DNA from: Mycobacterium leprae TN
GTDB lineage: Bacteria; Actinomycetota; Actinomycetes; Mycobacteriales; Mycobacteriaceae
NCBI RefSeq assembly: GCF_000195855.1
Contig: NC_002677.1
Location: forward strand, 1,860,001 to 1,892,000
Length of the DNA: 32,000 bases
Direction of reading: 5' to 3'
Position 1 is the first letter of the stretch; each line of letters starts with the position of its first letter. The position numbers were made by a program, and so were the translations under genes. Shown here piece after piece: positions 31,130 through 32,000 of this stretch. The notes under the pieces are model-generated. The model saw only the letters and a list, made by a program, of their open reading frames with translations, was not told the DNA's origin and searched no databases.

Positions 31130-32000
31130 ACCCCTGTGAAATAAGCGTTTACCGACTTCGGTCACCCTGCGCACAACGTACATCAGAATAATAAAAGCAT
31201 TTAGTTGTTCGAGCAGCACCGTCGGTGCCTCGAGTTGGCAGGCCAGTTGGCCAGCCAGCTCCAGCCGCATATACGACGTCTCGCAGTCCACTACCACGGA
31301 CGCATCCTCAGCTGCCAGCTGGTACGCCGTGATTCGACTGCGGACCAACGTGTCTGGCCCTAAAGCAGCCCAACCGTTGGTGAGTACGACGTTGTCCCCG
31401 TTCACACACCTTTCCCATATAACCAACTCACGCAACGCCAACAGACCTTTAGCGAGCGCTATTTTGCCGCCTGTGTCAAGTTGGGCTAGCCGGAGTACAG
31501 GAGATATACACTGACAATGTCAGCGGAGGAAGCAATTTCGCTTAGTGCTGACCGAAGGTGATCACCTCGACCGTGTAGCACCTTTGGTAGACGTCGCGCA
31601 GCAGCTACAGGGTGGCTCCGCTGACCACGGCCATGCGACTCCGGGCAGCCATCGAGCATGAAGCGTAGACAACGAAGATCACCCAGTTTGCCCTCGCGAC
31701 CCTGACGGATGGCACGGCGTACGTCGCCTGGCTCCGACCGCAGCGGCCCACTCCGGTGGCGAAAAGCAAAGTGGCGAGCATGTAAACCGTGAGCGTCGAC
31801 GTCACACGACACGTTCACGTACACGTCGAGGACGAACCGATCCAGCAGTTCCGGACACAGTTGACTCTCCTCCGGATTCATCATGCCGATCAACACGAAA
31901 CGATCCTCATGCGAGTAGGAGATGCCGTCACGCTCGATGTGTACTCATCCCATCGCCGCAGCGTAGAAAAGCACGTCAACCAGATGATCGTGGAGCAGGT
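31130..32000 (-). pseudogene. Mg-chelatase (ChlI/ChlD-like AAA+ plus vWA) remnant, Rv2850c-like; 5' part lies beyond the window
   Basis: [55 protein letters not shown] (AAA+ sensor region with an in-frame stop near 31935-31950), and later the vWA tail VVLTNGWAALGPD..AAYQLAAEDASVVVDCETSYMRLELAGQLACQLEAP. The segments are in different frames with stops between them. Confidence 0.8.

Noticed and set aside
30596-31441. 281-aa ORF as a possible intact novel gene
   Set aside because: Its N-terminal half is the vWA tail of the dead chelatase. Its C-terminal half is cobO with an internal out-of-frame stretch. It is a chance-open chimera, not a gene.

Overview
This 32-kb window is high-GC actinobacterial chromosome that I identify as Mycobacterium leprae. 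About 10.3-11.0 kb is a copy of the leprosy-specific RLEP dispersed repeat. It contains, as I remember them, the exact LP1/LP2 and RLEP-qPCR primer/probe sequences. Roughly half of the window is decayed pseudogene sequence. Intact genes: eccC5 and eccB5 (ESX-5 type VII secretion core, minus strand); truB-pptT-pptH (minus, start/stop-overlapping); an archaeal/eukaryote-type proS (plus); rbfA-infB-ylxR-nusA (minus); a Tat-lipoprotein/DUF4439 pair (plus); and the MFS exporter efpA (minus). Pseudogenes I could reconstruct by reading across frameshifts and in-frame stops: a PE gene, a ferredoxin, cyp143, malQ, a CocE/NonD-type hydrolase, echA16, cnpB/nrnA, rimP, cysG, cobB, cobO and a Mg-chelatase that runs off the right edge. 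I saw no rRNA/tRNA, CRISPR array, transposase, integrase or prophage signal. I do not find a convincing previously undescribed multi-gene system; this looks like a textbook reductive-evolution landscape. The observations most worth a second look are: (1) the xenologous proS together with the cleanly emptied native proS slot; (2) inactivation of rimP inside the otherwise intact nusA-infB operon; (3) inactivation of the c-di-AMP/nanoRNA phosphodiesterase cnpB; (4) RLEP lying exactly on a synteny breakpoint; (5) a 52-bp near-perfect palindrome in the cobB remnant; (6) several short perfect tandem duplications (8-15 bp), one of them in-frame in efpA. Gene names and Rv numbers come from my memory of M. 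tuberculosis H37Rv and M. leprae annotation, not from a search.
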